In this document: positions 13,201 to 25,497 of the stretch, one piece after another
How the letters are laid out: each line of letters begins with the position of its first letter
How positions within the stretch are numbered: the first letter of the stretch is position 1
DNA from: Macrostomum lignano
Lineage: Eukaryota
DNA: 64,000 nt
Direction of reading: 5' to 3'
Assembly: GCA_002269645.1 (NCBI GenBank)
Contig: NIVC01000178.1
Coordinates: forward strand, 1-64,000
Notes under the pieces: model-generated
Databases searched by the model: none
Told to the model about the DNA's origin: nothing
Seen by the model: the letters and a program-made list of their open reading frames with translations, nothing else
Position numbers and translations under genes: made by a program

Positions 13201-16200
13201 CACTTAAAGCAACACCGGAAGTACTATTTGGTTGTCACTTGAAGCAACACCGGAAGTACTATTTGGTTGTCACTTGAAGCAACACCGGAAGTACTATTTA
13301 GTTATCACTTAAAGCAACACCGGAAGTACTATTTGGTTATTACTTAAAGCAACACTGGAAGTACTATTTAGTTATCACTTAAAGCAACACCGGAAGTACT
13401 ATTTGGTTGTCACTTGAAGCAACACCGGAAGTACTATTTGGTTGTCACTTGAAGCAACACCGGAAGTACTATTTGGTTGTCACTTGAAGCAACACCGGAA
13501 GTACTATTTGGTTGTCACTTGAAGCAACACCGGAAGTACTATTTGGTTATCACTTAAAGCAACACTGGAAGTACTATTTAGTTATCACTTAAAGCAACAC
13601 CGGAAGTACTATTTGGTTATCACTTAAAGCAACACTGGAAGTACTATTTGGTTATCACTTAAAGCAACACCGGAAGTAAAATTGGTTATCACTTAAAGGA
13701 ACACCGGAAATACTATTTGAATATCACTTGAAGCAACACCGGAAGTACTATTTGGTTGTCACTTGAGGTAACACACCGGAAGTGTCTATAACATCAAGCA
13801 ACATTTTTACCTTGGCCCTGAGCTGTTGAATCATCCAGCCGACACCAGAGCCAGCAGCGGCGCACCCGACCAAACTGCTTGACCGGCCCAGCGGCAGCGG
13901 CAGCAGCAGCAGAGGCAGCCAGTCGATCTCGCAGCGCTGCAACCGCCGCAGTCGCAGTCTCACTGGCCTGCCATTCGACCAGATCCACATCCGCTGGTCC
14001 GGGAGCTTCGATCACCTCCTGCAATACGGCGTCTTGCACGCCGCAACGAATCAACGCCCTCTCCAGTTTATTATTTGCACCGCTGGCTATTATACTACTG
14101 CCGCTAGACGGACCGGCAGTAGTAGATGCAGCCTTTGATTCTGTCTGCAACTTTGGTATCTTTGCTATTTTCGATTTCAATTTCTTTGCTTTGCCATCGA
14201 GAGCCGCCGGCGGCTTCCGCTTGGCCGGTGAGGCATCCAGACGGGCTTTGCGAAGTACTCGACGAACTTCAGCGTCAATTTGAGGATTTGAGCGTTCCGC
14301 TGCCTCAAGCCGGTGCTGACTGGCTCGCGGCACCAGGGCCGACACCAGGGGGTCCGCAGAGTCCGCTGCATCTCTGGAGGTCGACGGCCCGGCGCCGGTT
14401 TTGTCTGGTTAATTGAGAAGGGAATTATGGCTTTGATTCATACCTGGAGCATAATGAAATCCCAACTATTCTTCCCAATGGGATCAAGATTTACCTGGAT
14501 GATTATGAAATCCCAACGATTCTTCCCAATGAGATCAAGATTTACCTGGATCAAATTATGAAATCCCAAAGATTCTTCCCAATGAGATCAAGATTTACCT
14601 GTATCAAATTATGAAATCCCAAAGATTCTTCCCAATGGGATCAAGATTTACCTGGATCAAATTATGAAATCCCAACAATTCTTCCCAATGAGATCAAGAT
14701 TTACCTGAATAATTATGAAATCCCAACAATTCTTCCCAATGAGATCAAGATTTACCTGAATAATTATGAAATCCCAACAATTCTTCCCAATGAGATCAAG
14801 ATTTACCTGAATAATTATGAAATCCCAACAATTCTTCCCAATGAGATCAAGATTTACCTGAATAATTATGAAATCCCAACAATTCTTCCCAATGAGATCA
14901 AGATTTACCTGGATGAATATGAAATTCCAAAATTCTCTCCAATGGGATCAAGATTTACCTGGATCAAATTATGAAATCCCAAAATTCTCTCCAATGGGAT
15001 AAAGATTTACCTGGATCAAAATATGAAATCCCAAATATTCTTCCCAATAGGATAAAAATTTACCTGGATCAAAATATGAAATCCCAACTATTCTTCCCAA
15101 TAGGATAAAAATTTACCTGGATCAAAATATGAAATCCCAACTATTCTTCCCAATAGGATAAAAATTTACCTGGATAAAATTATGAAATCCAAAAATCTTT
15201 GCCAATAGGATCAAGATTTACCTGGATCGAAATATGAAATCCCAAAAGTTATTTGACTTTGAACAAGTATTAAATCTGATAAATTAAAGTGCTTTGGATT
15301 ACTTAAAATCTTGAACAGTGGTCTCACCCGAACCCCGCTGTCCATCTCCATAGTCGAACGCGGCCTGCTTTACCACAAACTCGATTCGATGGCCGTCGAC
15401 TTCCTGGCGCTTGGCGCCGCGAGCGCGTTTCCTGTCACCGCCGCTCTTGTCTTTGCTTTTCTTCTTCTTTTTCTTCTGCTTCTTCTCTTTACGACGGGAT
15501 TTCTCTTGAGCCGGCTCCCTGGTCTCGGCCGGCTCGGCCTCGGCGCCTGACGGGGCGCTAAATTCGCGCGCCACTTTGGCGCTTAACTTGCGCGCCAATT
15601 CGCGCAATTCTGCGCGTCTGCTGTCGGTCAACTGGGCCGCTGCGACCGGCGCTGCTGGGGGTGGTGAGATGAAGATTAAGTAATAAATATCATTTTCCAG
15701 AAAACTGTAAGGTGCAGAATGCAATTTAGCTAGAATTAACTTCAGGATCCAGCTAAACTTCAGGATCCAGCTAAACTTCGGGATCCAAATAGACTTCAGG
15801 ATCCAACTAAACTTCAAGATCCAAATAGACTTTAGGATCCAGCTAAACTTAAGGATCCAACTAAAAAACTTTAGGGTCAAACTAAAAAACTTTAGGGTCA
15901 AACTAAAAAACTTTAGGGTCAAACTAAAAAAACTTTAGGATCCAACTAAAAAACTTTAGGGTGCAAACTAAAAAACTTTAGGCTGCAAACTAAAAAAATT
16001 TAGGGTCCAAACTAAAAAAACTTTAGGGTCCAACTAACAAACTTTAGGGTGCAAACTAAAAAATTTTAGGGTCCAAACTAAACAACTTTAGGGTCCAACT
16101 AAGAAACTTTAGGGTGCAAACTAAAAAAACCTCTAACATTCGAGCTCGTAACTACATTAAACTTCATGGACCAAATAGGAAACTTCAGGACCAGACACGA

Positions 16201-16671
16201 AGTCAAGCAACAAAGTCCAACAAACAATCCAACACAAACCATCACTAGCGGACGACTCTTTCATCGCGTCCACATCGGTGGAGGCCGTCTCAGCTTCGCT
16301 GTCAGACGCTGCGCCCAGATCGACTCCGGCAGCTTCTTGACGCTGTCGCAAGGCGTCGAACCTGTTGGTGCTGGCCCCCGTGCCGGTGAACAGCGCCCTG
16401 GTCTCCGTGCCTTCGACGTCGTCTTTCAGAGCGAACAGCTCGTCTAAATTGTTGGCCTTGAAGAAGCGGCGCTGTCGAGGATCGCGAAGGATTCTGTTGG
16501 CCAGGAACTGCTTGAAGATCTGGCGATGGTAAACTTTCTCTTCGATTGTGCCGGAGGACAGCAGGCGGTAGATCACCACGTCTCTCTGCTGCCCGATGCG
16601 CCAGGCACGCTCTCGGGCCTGGTTGAGTGATTGATTAGATAGATAGATAGATAGATGATAGATAGATAGAC

Positions 16672-16711
<40 letters not shown>

Positions 16712-16726
16712 GATAGATAGATAGAC

Positions 16727-16766
<40 letters not shown>

Positions 16767-16805
16767 GATAGATAGATAGACAGATAGATAGATAGATAGA
16801 TAAAC

Positions 16806-16847
<42 letters not shown>

Positions 16848-17082
16848 CTAGATAGATAGATAGATAGATGATAGATAGATAGATAGATGATAGATAGATA
16901 GATATATATAGATGATAGATAGATAGATAGATAGATAGATAAATAGATAGATGGATGATAGATAGATAGATGATAGATAGATAGATAGATGATAGATAGA
17001 TAGATAGATAGATAAATAGATAGATGGATGATAGATAGATAGATGATAGATAGATAGATGATAGATAGATAGATAGATAGAT

Positions 17083-17137
<55 letters not shown>

Positions 17138-17580
17138 GATAGATAGATAGATAGATGATAGATAGATAGATAGATAGATAAATAGATAGATGGATGATAG
17201 ATAGATAGATGATAGATACATAGATAGATAGATAAATAGATAGATGGATGATAGATAGATAGATGATAGATAGATAGATGATAGATACATAGATAGATAG
17301 ATAAATAGATAGATGGATGATAGATAGATAGATGATAGATAGATAGATAGATAGATAAATAGATAGATGGATGATAGATAGATAGATGATAGATAGATAG
17401 ATAGATAGATAAATAGATAGATGGATGATAGATAGATAGATGATAGATAGATAGATAGATACTGTAGATGATAGATGATAGATAGATAGATAGATAGATA
17501 AATAGATAGATGGATGATAGATAGATAGATAGATAAATAGATAGATGGATGATAGATAGATGATAGATACATAGATAGAG

Positions 17581-17612
<32 letters not shown>

Positions 17613-20600
17613 TATTAATAAACGGATTGATTAAAGTTTCTCCCCATCAATCAAACCTGCAAATCCGTGCACGGATTCCAGTCGGGATCGAATATGATGA
17701 CCCGATTAGCCCCGGTCAAGTTGACTCCAATCCCGCCAACTCGCGAGGTCAGCAGGAACACAAACGTGCCAGGATCCGTATTGAACCTGTGCACCAGGGT
17801 CTGCCGGCTGCGTACGGCTGTGCCGCCGTCCATCCGCATGTAGGGATAGCCGCGCTTCTTCACGAACGCCTCCAGCACCCCCAGCATCCGGCGGCTCTGG
17901 CTGAACAGCAGCACTTTGTGACCATCCGAGCGCCAGGCCTTCAGCAGAGCGTCAACAACCAGCATCTTGCCGGAGCGCTTGTAGTAGCCGAATGTCAGAG
18001 ACTCGCGCGACGGCAGGCCGAACTTCTGCGGCGGCCCAGTTGACAGGTCCGGATGGTTGCAGATCTTGCGGAGGGTGGACAGGCCTGGGAATACCTGTGG
18101 GATTGGGGTGGTGGCGGGTTGTAAGCTATAGGACTGATTATTCATTTCCCTACCAAACCGTTTAAATGTTCTACCATTGTCTACCCACGTGTCTACCTAC
18201 TTAGTACTTGGCTGCCTAAACATCTACCTACCTGTCTAAAAATCTATCTACCTGTCTATCAAAATCTACCTGCCTAACTACCAATATATCAGTCTAATTT
18301 AATCTACCTGTCTACCCAAATCTACTGTCTACCCAAATCTACCCGTCTACCCTAATCTACTCTGTCAACCTTGATCTACCTGTCTACCCAAATCTACTGT
18401 CTACCCTAATCTACCCGTCTACCCTAATCTACTCTGTCAACCTTGATCTACCTATCTACCCAAATCTACTGTCTACCCTAATCTACCCGTCTACCCTAAT
18501 CTACCTGTCAACTGATCTACCTGTCTACCCTAATCTACCTGTCTACCCTAATCTACCTGTCTACCCTAATCTACCTGTCTACCCTAATCTACCTGTCTAC
18601 CCTAATCTACCTGTCTACCCTAATCTACCTGTCTACCCTAATCTACCTGTCTACCCTAATCTACCTGTCTACCCTAATCTACCTGTCTACCCTAATCTAC
18701 CTGTCTACCCTAATCTACCTGTCTACCCTAATCTATCTGTCTACTCAAACCCACCTGTCTACTCAAACCCACCTGCAACCCGAATCTACCTACCCACCTA
18801 AATCTACCTGTCTACCTAAATCTACCTGCTCACAAATCTACATATCGGCATACCAATTTATCTACCATTCTAGCGGTCTACCAATCCGCCTACACTACCT
18901 ACCTACAAATCTACCTATCAAGCTCTGTTCAGTAATCAACCGATCTGCTAATCTACCAAATAAACCTTACCATATAGCGACCCTCCAGAATCTGCCGGCA
19001 CTCCCTAGACGCCAGGTACTCCTTGTACACATCGCGTTGATAGTCAGACAGACGACAGAATAGCACCTGTTCGCTTTTGCCCGGCAATTGCAGGCGCACG
19101 TCCTCTTTCATTCGGCGCAATAGATAAGGATTGATGGTGTCCCGCAGGCTGCAGGCGCATCTGGTTTTGTATCAAGAAATAATTACCAGTGAATGAACAA
19201 ATTATCACTCCATTTGAACTATTCCATGCACTGCTATTTAGTTCTATTACTGTTAGTAGTAAATCTAGGAAAATTACTACGGGTCTACTGTCCAGCGGTC
19301 TAGAGCATTTATCTGTCAGGTGTAGACCTCTTAACCCCTAATTAGAGATCCCATCATCCAGGTATTAATCCTTAATTAAAGATCCCATCATCCAGGTACT
19401 AATCCCTAATTATAGATCCGATCATTAATCCCTAATTATAGATCCGATCATCCAGGTATTAATCATTAATTAGAGATCCCATCATCCAGGTATTAATCCA
19501 TAATTAGAGATCCCATCATCCAGCCATTAATCCATAATTAGAGATCCCATCATTCAGCCATTAATCCATAATTAGAGATCCCATCATCCAGGTATTAATC
19601 CATAATTAGAGATCCCATCATCCAGGTATTAATCCCTAATTAGAGATCCCATCACACAGCCATTAATCCCTAATTAGAGATCCGGTCATCCAGGTATTAA
19701 TCATTAATTAGAGATCCCATCATCCGGGTATTAATCATTAATTAAAGATCCCATCATCAAGGTATTAATCCCTAATTAGAGATCTTATCACACAGGTATT
19801 AATCCCTAATTAGAGATTCCATCACACAGGTATTAATCCCTAATTAAAGATCCCATCACACAGGTATTAATCCCTAATTAGAGATCCCATCATACAGACA
19901 TTAATCCCTAATTAGAGATCGCATCACCCAGTTAATAATAAAATATCTATAAATATACTATTAGCACATAAAGGCGGAACCAACCTGTAAGCCAATTCCA
20001 CCTGGAATTTGCTAGCGCTAGCGTAACCACCCTGTAGAATAGGGGTGGCCAGGTGCTGCATAAAGTCTTGCAGGTCGCCCAGTTTGCCAGGATAGACAAA
20101 GTCGAATAGAGACCAAAGTTCCTGGTATTGGGGGTTCGGTGTGATTGGTTTAAATTTGATATTTTTAACAGCTATTCAAATGCTTATTGATAAATTGTAT
20201 TTTTTAGCTTAAGTTGGTACTGTAAGTTGGTAAACAAATTGCAAAGTGTTAGGATATCACGAAGGCCATTAATTCAGCAGTATAAAACACACTTATTTTT
20301 AATAAGTAGTATATAACAGCCGCAATTAATCAGTAGTATACAACACACTCAATAATCAGTAGTATATAACACACACAAGCAATCAGTAGTATATAACACA
20401 CTCAATAATCAGTAGTATATAACACACAAGCAATCAGTAGTATATAACACACACAAGCAATCAGTAGTATATAACACACACAAGCAATCAGCAGTTTATA
20501 AAACACACAAGCAACAGTAGTATATAACACACTCAATAATCAGTAGTATATAACACACAAGCAATCAGTAGTATATAACACACACAAGCAATCAGCAGTA

Positions 20601-23600
20601 TATAAAACACTCAAGCAATCAGTAGTATATAACACACTCAAGCAATCAGTAGTATATAACACACTCAAGCAATCAGTAGTATATAACACACTCAAGCAAT
20701 CAGTAGTATATAACACACACAAGCAATCAGTAGTATATAACATACTCAAGCAATCAGTAGTATAAAACACTTTTAATTAATCAGTAGTATACAGCACAGT
20801 CAATTAATCAGTAGTATTAAAACACACTCAAGCAATCAGTAGTATAAAACACAATTAATCAGTAGTATACAGCACACTCAATTAATTAGTAAGTATATAA
20901 CACACCCAATTAATTAATCAGTAGTATTAAAACACACTCAAGCAATCAGTAGTATAAAACACAATTAATCAGTAAGTATATAACACACCCAATTAATTAA
21001 TCAGTAGTATTAAAACACACTCAAGCAATCAGTAGCATATATCAGTAGTTTAAGGTTAAAAAGTAGTATGTTCACCGCTCACCTTAAGATTATTTTGCAT
21101 CGGAGTACCGGATATAATTATCCTATGCGGCGTCGGGAACTGCTTGCAAGCGATAGTAACATCGCTAGTTGGATTCTTAATCCGATGGCCTTCGTCCAGG
21201 ATGACGTAATCCCATCTGTACTTTAACAGAATATCCCTATGCATAGTTAAGGTATTGTAGGTAGTCAGCAATATGCCGGGATGATTGGCAATGCTGTGCA
21301 CTAATTTAGCAGGTTTAGAGTAGCCGCTACCAGTAGAGTGCAGAATAGCCACCCGAAATCTCGGGTACCACTGTCGCAGCTCGCCAAGCCACTGCTGCAG
21401 CACGGTGCCCGGACAGGCGATTAGCACAGGGCCAAGACGAGGACCGCCTAGCCGGTTGTGACTGTAGGACAGGCCAGCCAATAGGGCAATCATTTGCACA
21501 GTTTTGCCCAGGCCCATCTGATCGCCCATAATACCGCCAACTCCCTGCAGTGATGTTGCATTGTGCTTGATTGTGTTTTCTTATACGAGTATGATATGAA
21601 TTTTTCAAAACAATCTATGGGTTTCTTATCCAGATCTTATAGACTTTTTATCCAGATCTATAGATTCCTCATCAAGATAGATATCTCATCAAGATCTAAA
21701 TATTCCTCATCAAAATCTATAGGTTCCTTATAATCAAGATCTATAGATTCCTCATCAAGATCTAAAGATTTCTCATCAAAATCTATAAATTCCTCATCAA
21801 GATCTAAAGATTTCTCATCAAAATCTATAAATTCATTATCAAGATCTATAGATTTCTCATCAAGATCTATAAATTCTTTATCAAGATCCATAGATTTCTC
21901 ATCAAGATATATAGATTTCTCATCAAGATCTATAGATTCCTCGTCGAGATCTTTAGATTTCTCTTAAAGATCTATAGATTTCTTATCAAGATCTGTAGAT
22001 TTCTTATCAAGATCTGTAGATTTCTTATCAAGATCCATAGATTCCCCATCAAGATCTATAGATTTCTCTTTAAGATCTAAAGATTCCTTATCAAGATCTA
22101 TAGATTTTTCATCAAGATTTATAGATTCCTCATCAAGATCTATAGATTTTTTATTAAGACCTATAGATTCCTTATCAAGATTGGTAGATTCCACGTCCGG
22201 TATACTAAAATGGTTTGTCTAGATCTGAGTACTAACAAATATCAATCATGTAAAGTACTCAAAACCCTCCAACCTGCCTGAGAGTGCAGCTCCCTCAGCC
22301 AGCGCACGGCCACTCGCTGATAAGGAAACAAAGACTGCCAGATTTTTCTGGGCAAAGCGAACGCCAAACCATCTGGCAGGCCTTCTAATTGCATCGGCAA
22401 ATCGTCGGATTCATCGTTAAAGTCATCGCCGCTGCCGCCGCCACCGTCCTCCAGACGAACCTGCCTGTCGATGAGTTCGCTGCGATTCAGACGGGCGATG
22501 CGCCTCTCGTAGGCCAGTAGGCTGGCGTCATCCAGCAGAGGACGGGCTCGCTGTTGCTGCTGCTGCTGATGCTGAGCCTCCTGATGAAGCTCCGAGGATG
22601 CCGCTGAAGAAGGCGACTCTGGAGGCGACTCCTCCACAAGGCGAACTGACTGTCTTCGACGTTGCTGGTGTTGCTTCTGCTGCTGTCGAGAGCGCTTTGT
22701 TGCAGGGACGCTTCGCGTGCTTGAATGGTCCACCTGATTAATTCAGATAGGCCATAAACATCTGAGAAAGATATCTGTTAGCTCTTGTTAGGATAGCTCG
22801 TACAAAGACTTGCATTACATCGAAACAAAGACTAGTTGCTTCTCTTAATAGACACGAATTGTGACAGGAAACAAAGTCTACAACTATGGTCCAGTATAAA
22901 CGCAGAGTCAGAAGCAGACAAAAATAAAGACTCCTCTACTTCTGTATCGGCTCTAATCAAAACCAGAGGAAAAACAAAGACTCCTCTACTTCTGTATCGG
23001 CTCTAATCAAAACCAGAGGAAAAACAAAGACTCCTCTACTTCTGTATCGGCTCTAATCAAAACCAGAGGAAAAACAAAGACTCCTCTACTTCTGTATCGG
23101 CTCTAATCAAAACCAGAGGAAAAACAAAGACTACTGCACTATTGACGCTGGTAATGAATAAGCAAGCCAATCTCAACAATGTAAACAAACCTCAACACAA
23201 ACTGCTGGCCGCTTCACAGCCACAGGCCTCTCAATTGAAGGCGCGGCAGCGGCCCTGCCAACTCCGGCGAATCCCATGTCGCAATCCGCATCCCCAGTTG
23301 CTGCAACCCGATTCGTCGTGCCAGCAGCCTCAGCTTCGGCAACAGCTTCCGCTTCTAAAGATGCAGCTTCGATTCGTTCCTTAGTAGCTCGACGCCTCGC
23401 CTCCAACGTTTGCAACTGGCGGACGCGAGCCTCGGCCGCCGCTTCCATCGAACGAATTCGACGCGTCTTGGCCGGATCGCAGCTTCCAGACTCGGCATCT
23501 CGCAGAGCCGCATCAAGTTGAGCCTCGCAGCTGGCCAGATCCCGACGAGCGCTATCGGCGTCGGATTCGATGCGAGCCAATTGAGCTCGAAGTCCGGCCA

Positions 23601-23807
23601 ATTCTGCTGCTCTTCGACGCTCAAGTTCGCCGCTGAGCTGGCGGACAACGGCGGAGTCGAGTTCGGCTCGGTCGTATTGGCGAACTCCGGCTAGGCTGCT
23701 CAGAGCGGCCTCGCTGGCTGCGCGAGGCGGCAGAGTCGGTGGCGGCGGTGGCGGCAGCATGCCAGACTCTCTACCATCTTCATCAGCCGCCAGCTCTCCT
23801 TCTTGCT

Positions 23808-23838
<31 letters not shown>

Positions 23839-23850
23839 AGGCTGCAGCAT
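10219..23850 (-). CDS. ERCC6: DNA excision repair protein ERCC-6 / CSB / Rad26 (Snf2-family ATPase), ~1353 aa
   Basis: Model complement(join(10219..10637,13811..14404,15328..15654,16240..16618,17657..18094,18971..19160,19985..20121,21083..21544,22278..22733,23191..23850)), 4062 nt, in frame. Motifs [98 protein letters not shown] and a CSB-type C-terminus LLRQMCDF...WTLKPEF. The exon 1, 2 and 9 donors are uncertain by a few codons. Confidence 0.93.
11669..12450. repeat. 34-bp minisatellite, ~23 copies (ERCC6 intron 9)
   Basis: Unit GAGTGTCATAAAATATCCCTAAAAGCAACACCGG. Confidence 0.95.
12510..13785. repeat. 35-bp minisatellite, ~36 copies (ERCC6 intron 9)
   Basis: Unit AAGTACTATTTGGTTGTCACTTGAAGCAACACCGG. 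Confidence 0.95.
14452..15245. repeat. 51-52-bp minisatellite, ~15 copies (ERCC6 intron 8)
   Basis: Unit AATTATGAAATCCCAACAATTCTTCCCAATGAGATCAAGATTTACCTGAAT. Confidence 0.92.
15735..16130. repeat. Adjacent 18-bp and 21-bp minisatellites (ERCC6 intron 7)
   Basis: AACTTCAGGATCCAGCTA followed by AACTAAAAAACTTTAGGGTCA units. Confidence 0.9.
16637..17612. repeat. (GATA)n microsatellite (ERCC6 intron 6)
   Basis: About 1 kb of imperfect GATA; source of the spurious YLSI-repeat ORF. Confidence 0.97.
18290..18800. repeat. 18-bp minisatellite (ERCC6 intron 5)
   Basis: Unit ATCTACCTGTCTACCCTA. Confidence 0.93.
19335..19915. repeat. 34-bp minisatellite (ERCC6 intron 4)
   Basis: Unit ATTAATCCCTAATTAGAGATCCCATCATCCAGGT. 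Confidence 0.92.
20300..21050. repeat. 27-bp minisatellite (ERCC6 intron 3)
   Basis: Unit AATCAGTAGTATATAACACACTCAAGC. Confidence 0.92.
21620..22190. repeat. 21-bp minisatellite (ERCC6 intron 2)
   Basis: Unit ATCAAGATCTATAGATTTCTC; source of the spurious DLDEKSI-repeat ORFs. Confidence 0.92.
22925..23130. repeat. 50-bp tandem repeat, ~3.5 copies (ERCC6 intron 1)
   Basis: AAAGACTCCTCTACTTCTGTATCGGCTCTAATCAAAACCAGAGGAAAAAC repeated exactly. Confidence 0.93.
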
Positions 23851-25497
23851 GTGGAATTAAGTTTATAGACCTGCGAGTTCTTTCTCGAGGTGAGGCTGCA
23901 GCATGTGGAATTAAATTTATAGACCTGCGAGTTCTTTCTCGAGGTGAGGCTGCAGCATGTGGAATTAAATTTATAGACCTGCGAGTTCTTTCTCGAGGTG
24001 AGGCTGCAGCATGTGGAATTAAATTTATAGACCTGCGAGTTCTTTCTCGAGGTGAGGCTGCAGCATGTGGAATTAAATTTATAGACCTGCGAGTTCTTTC
24101 TCGAGGTGAGGCTGCAGCATGTGGAATTAAGTTTATAGACCTGCGAGTTCTTTCTCGAGGTGAGGCTGCAGCATGTGGAATTAAGTTTATAGACCTGCGA
24201 GTTCTTTCTCGAGGTGAGGCTGCAGCATGTGGAATTAAGTTTATAGACCTGCGAGTTCTTTCTCGAGGTGAGGCTGCAGCATGTGGAATTAAGTTTATAG
24301 ACCTGCGAGTTCTTTCTCGAGGTGAGGCTGCAGCATGTGGAATTAAGTTTATAGACCTGCGAGTTCTTTCTCGAGGTGAGGCTGCAGCATGTGAAATTAA
24401 ATTTATAGACCTGCGAGTTCTTTCTCGAGGTGAGGCTGCAGCATGTGGAATTAAGTTTATAGACCTGCGAGTTCTTTCTCGAGGTGAGGCTGCAGCATGT
24501 GGAATTAAGTTTATAGACCTGCGAGTTCTTTCTCGAGGTGAGGCTGCAGCATGTGGAATTAAGTTTATAGACCTGCGAGTTCTTTCTCGAGGTGAGGCTG
24601 CAGCATGTGGAATTAAGTTTATAGACCTGCGAGTTCTTTCTCGAGGTGAGGCTGCAGCATGTGGAATTAAGTTTATAGACCTGCGAGTTCTTTCTCGAGG
24701 TGAGGCTGCAGCATGTGGAATTAAGTTTATAGACCTGCGAGTTCTTTCTCGAGGTGAGGCTGCAGCATGTGGAATTAAGTTTATAGACCTGCGAGTTCTT
24801 TCTCGAGGTGAGGCTGCAGCATGTGGAATTAAGTTTATAGACCTGCGAGTTCTTTCTCGAGGTGAGGCTGCAGCATGTGGAATTAAATTTATAGACCTGC
24901 GAGTTCTTTCTCGAGGTGAGGCTGCAGCATGTGGAATTAAGTTTATAGACCTGCGAGTTCTTTCTCGAGGTGAGGCTGCAGCATGTGGAATTAAGTTTAT
25001 AGACCTGCGAGTTCTTTCTCGAGGTGAGGCTGCAGCATGTGGAATTAAGTTTATAGACCTGCGAGTTCTTTCTCGAGGTGAGGCTGCAGCATGTGGAATT
25101 AAGTTTATAGACCTGCGAGTTCTTTCTCGAGGTGAGGCTGCAGCATGTGGAATTAAGTTTATAGACCTGCGAGTTCTTTCTCGAGGTGAGGCTGCAGCAT
25201 GTGGAATTAAGTTTATAGACCTGCGAGTTCTTTCTCGAGGTGAGGCTGCAGCATGTGGAATTAAGTTTATAGACCTGCGAGTTCTTTCTCGAGGTGAGGC
25301 TGCAGCATGTGGAATTAAGTTTATAGACCTGCGAGTTCTTTCTCGAGGTGGATGGAATCAATCGCAGGGGTTGAGACCTCTGAACCTTCTGCTGATGATG
25401 ATGAGGCTGCAGCATGTGGAATTAAGTTTATAGACCTGCGAGTTCTTTCTCGAGGTGGATGGAATCAATCGCAGGGGTTGAGACCTTTGAACCTTCT
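23837..25497. repeat. 54-bp array (~28 copies) containing the ERCC6 start codon, plus an adjacent 107-bp duplication
   Basis: Unit GAGGCTGCAGCATGTGGAATTAAGTTTATAGACCTGCGAGTTCTTTCTCGAGGT, nearly invariant, 23837-25350. Positions 25351 and 25458 start duplicate flanks GATGGAATCAATCGCAGGGGTTGAGACC. Confidence 0.97.

Noticed and set aside
16637-17572. N-terminal ~320 aa of the 471-aa ORF (YLSI repeats)
   Set aside because: Translation of (GATA)n; only 16240-16618 is a real ERCC6 exon.
21658-22194. Acidic DLDEKSI-repeat ORFs
   Set aside because: They lie in ERCC6 intron 2; the flanking exons join in frame without them.
9026-25350. CRISPR-like arrays (34-36-bp periodic repeats)
   Set aside because: Units are head-to-tail with no unique spacers, there are no cas genes, and the context is a spliced eukaryotic genome.
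23700-25433. 571-aa and 564-aa ORFs across the 54-bp array as protein-coding genes
   Set aside because: They follow from a stop-free unit whose length is a multiple of 3. Kept only as a possible overlapping uORF in the finding.
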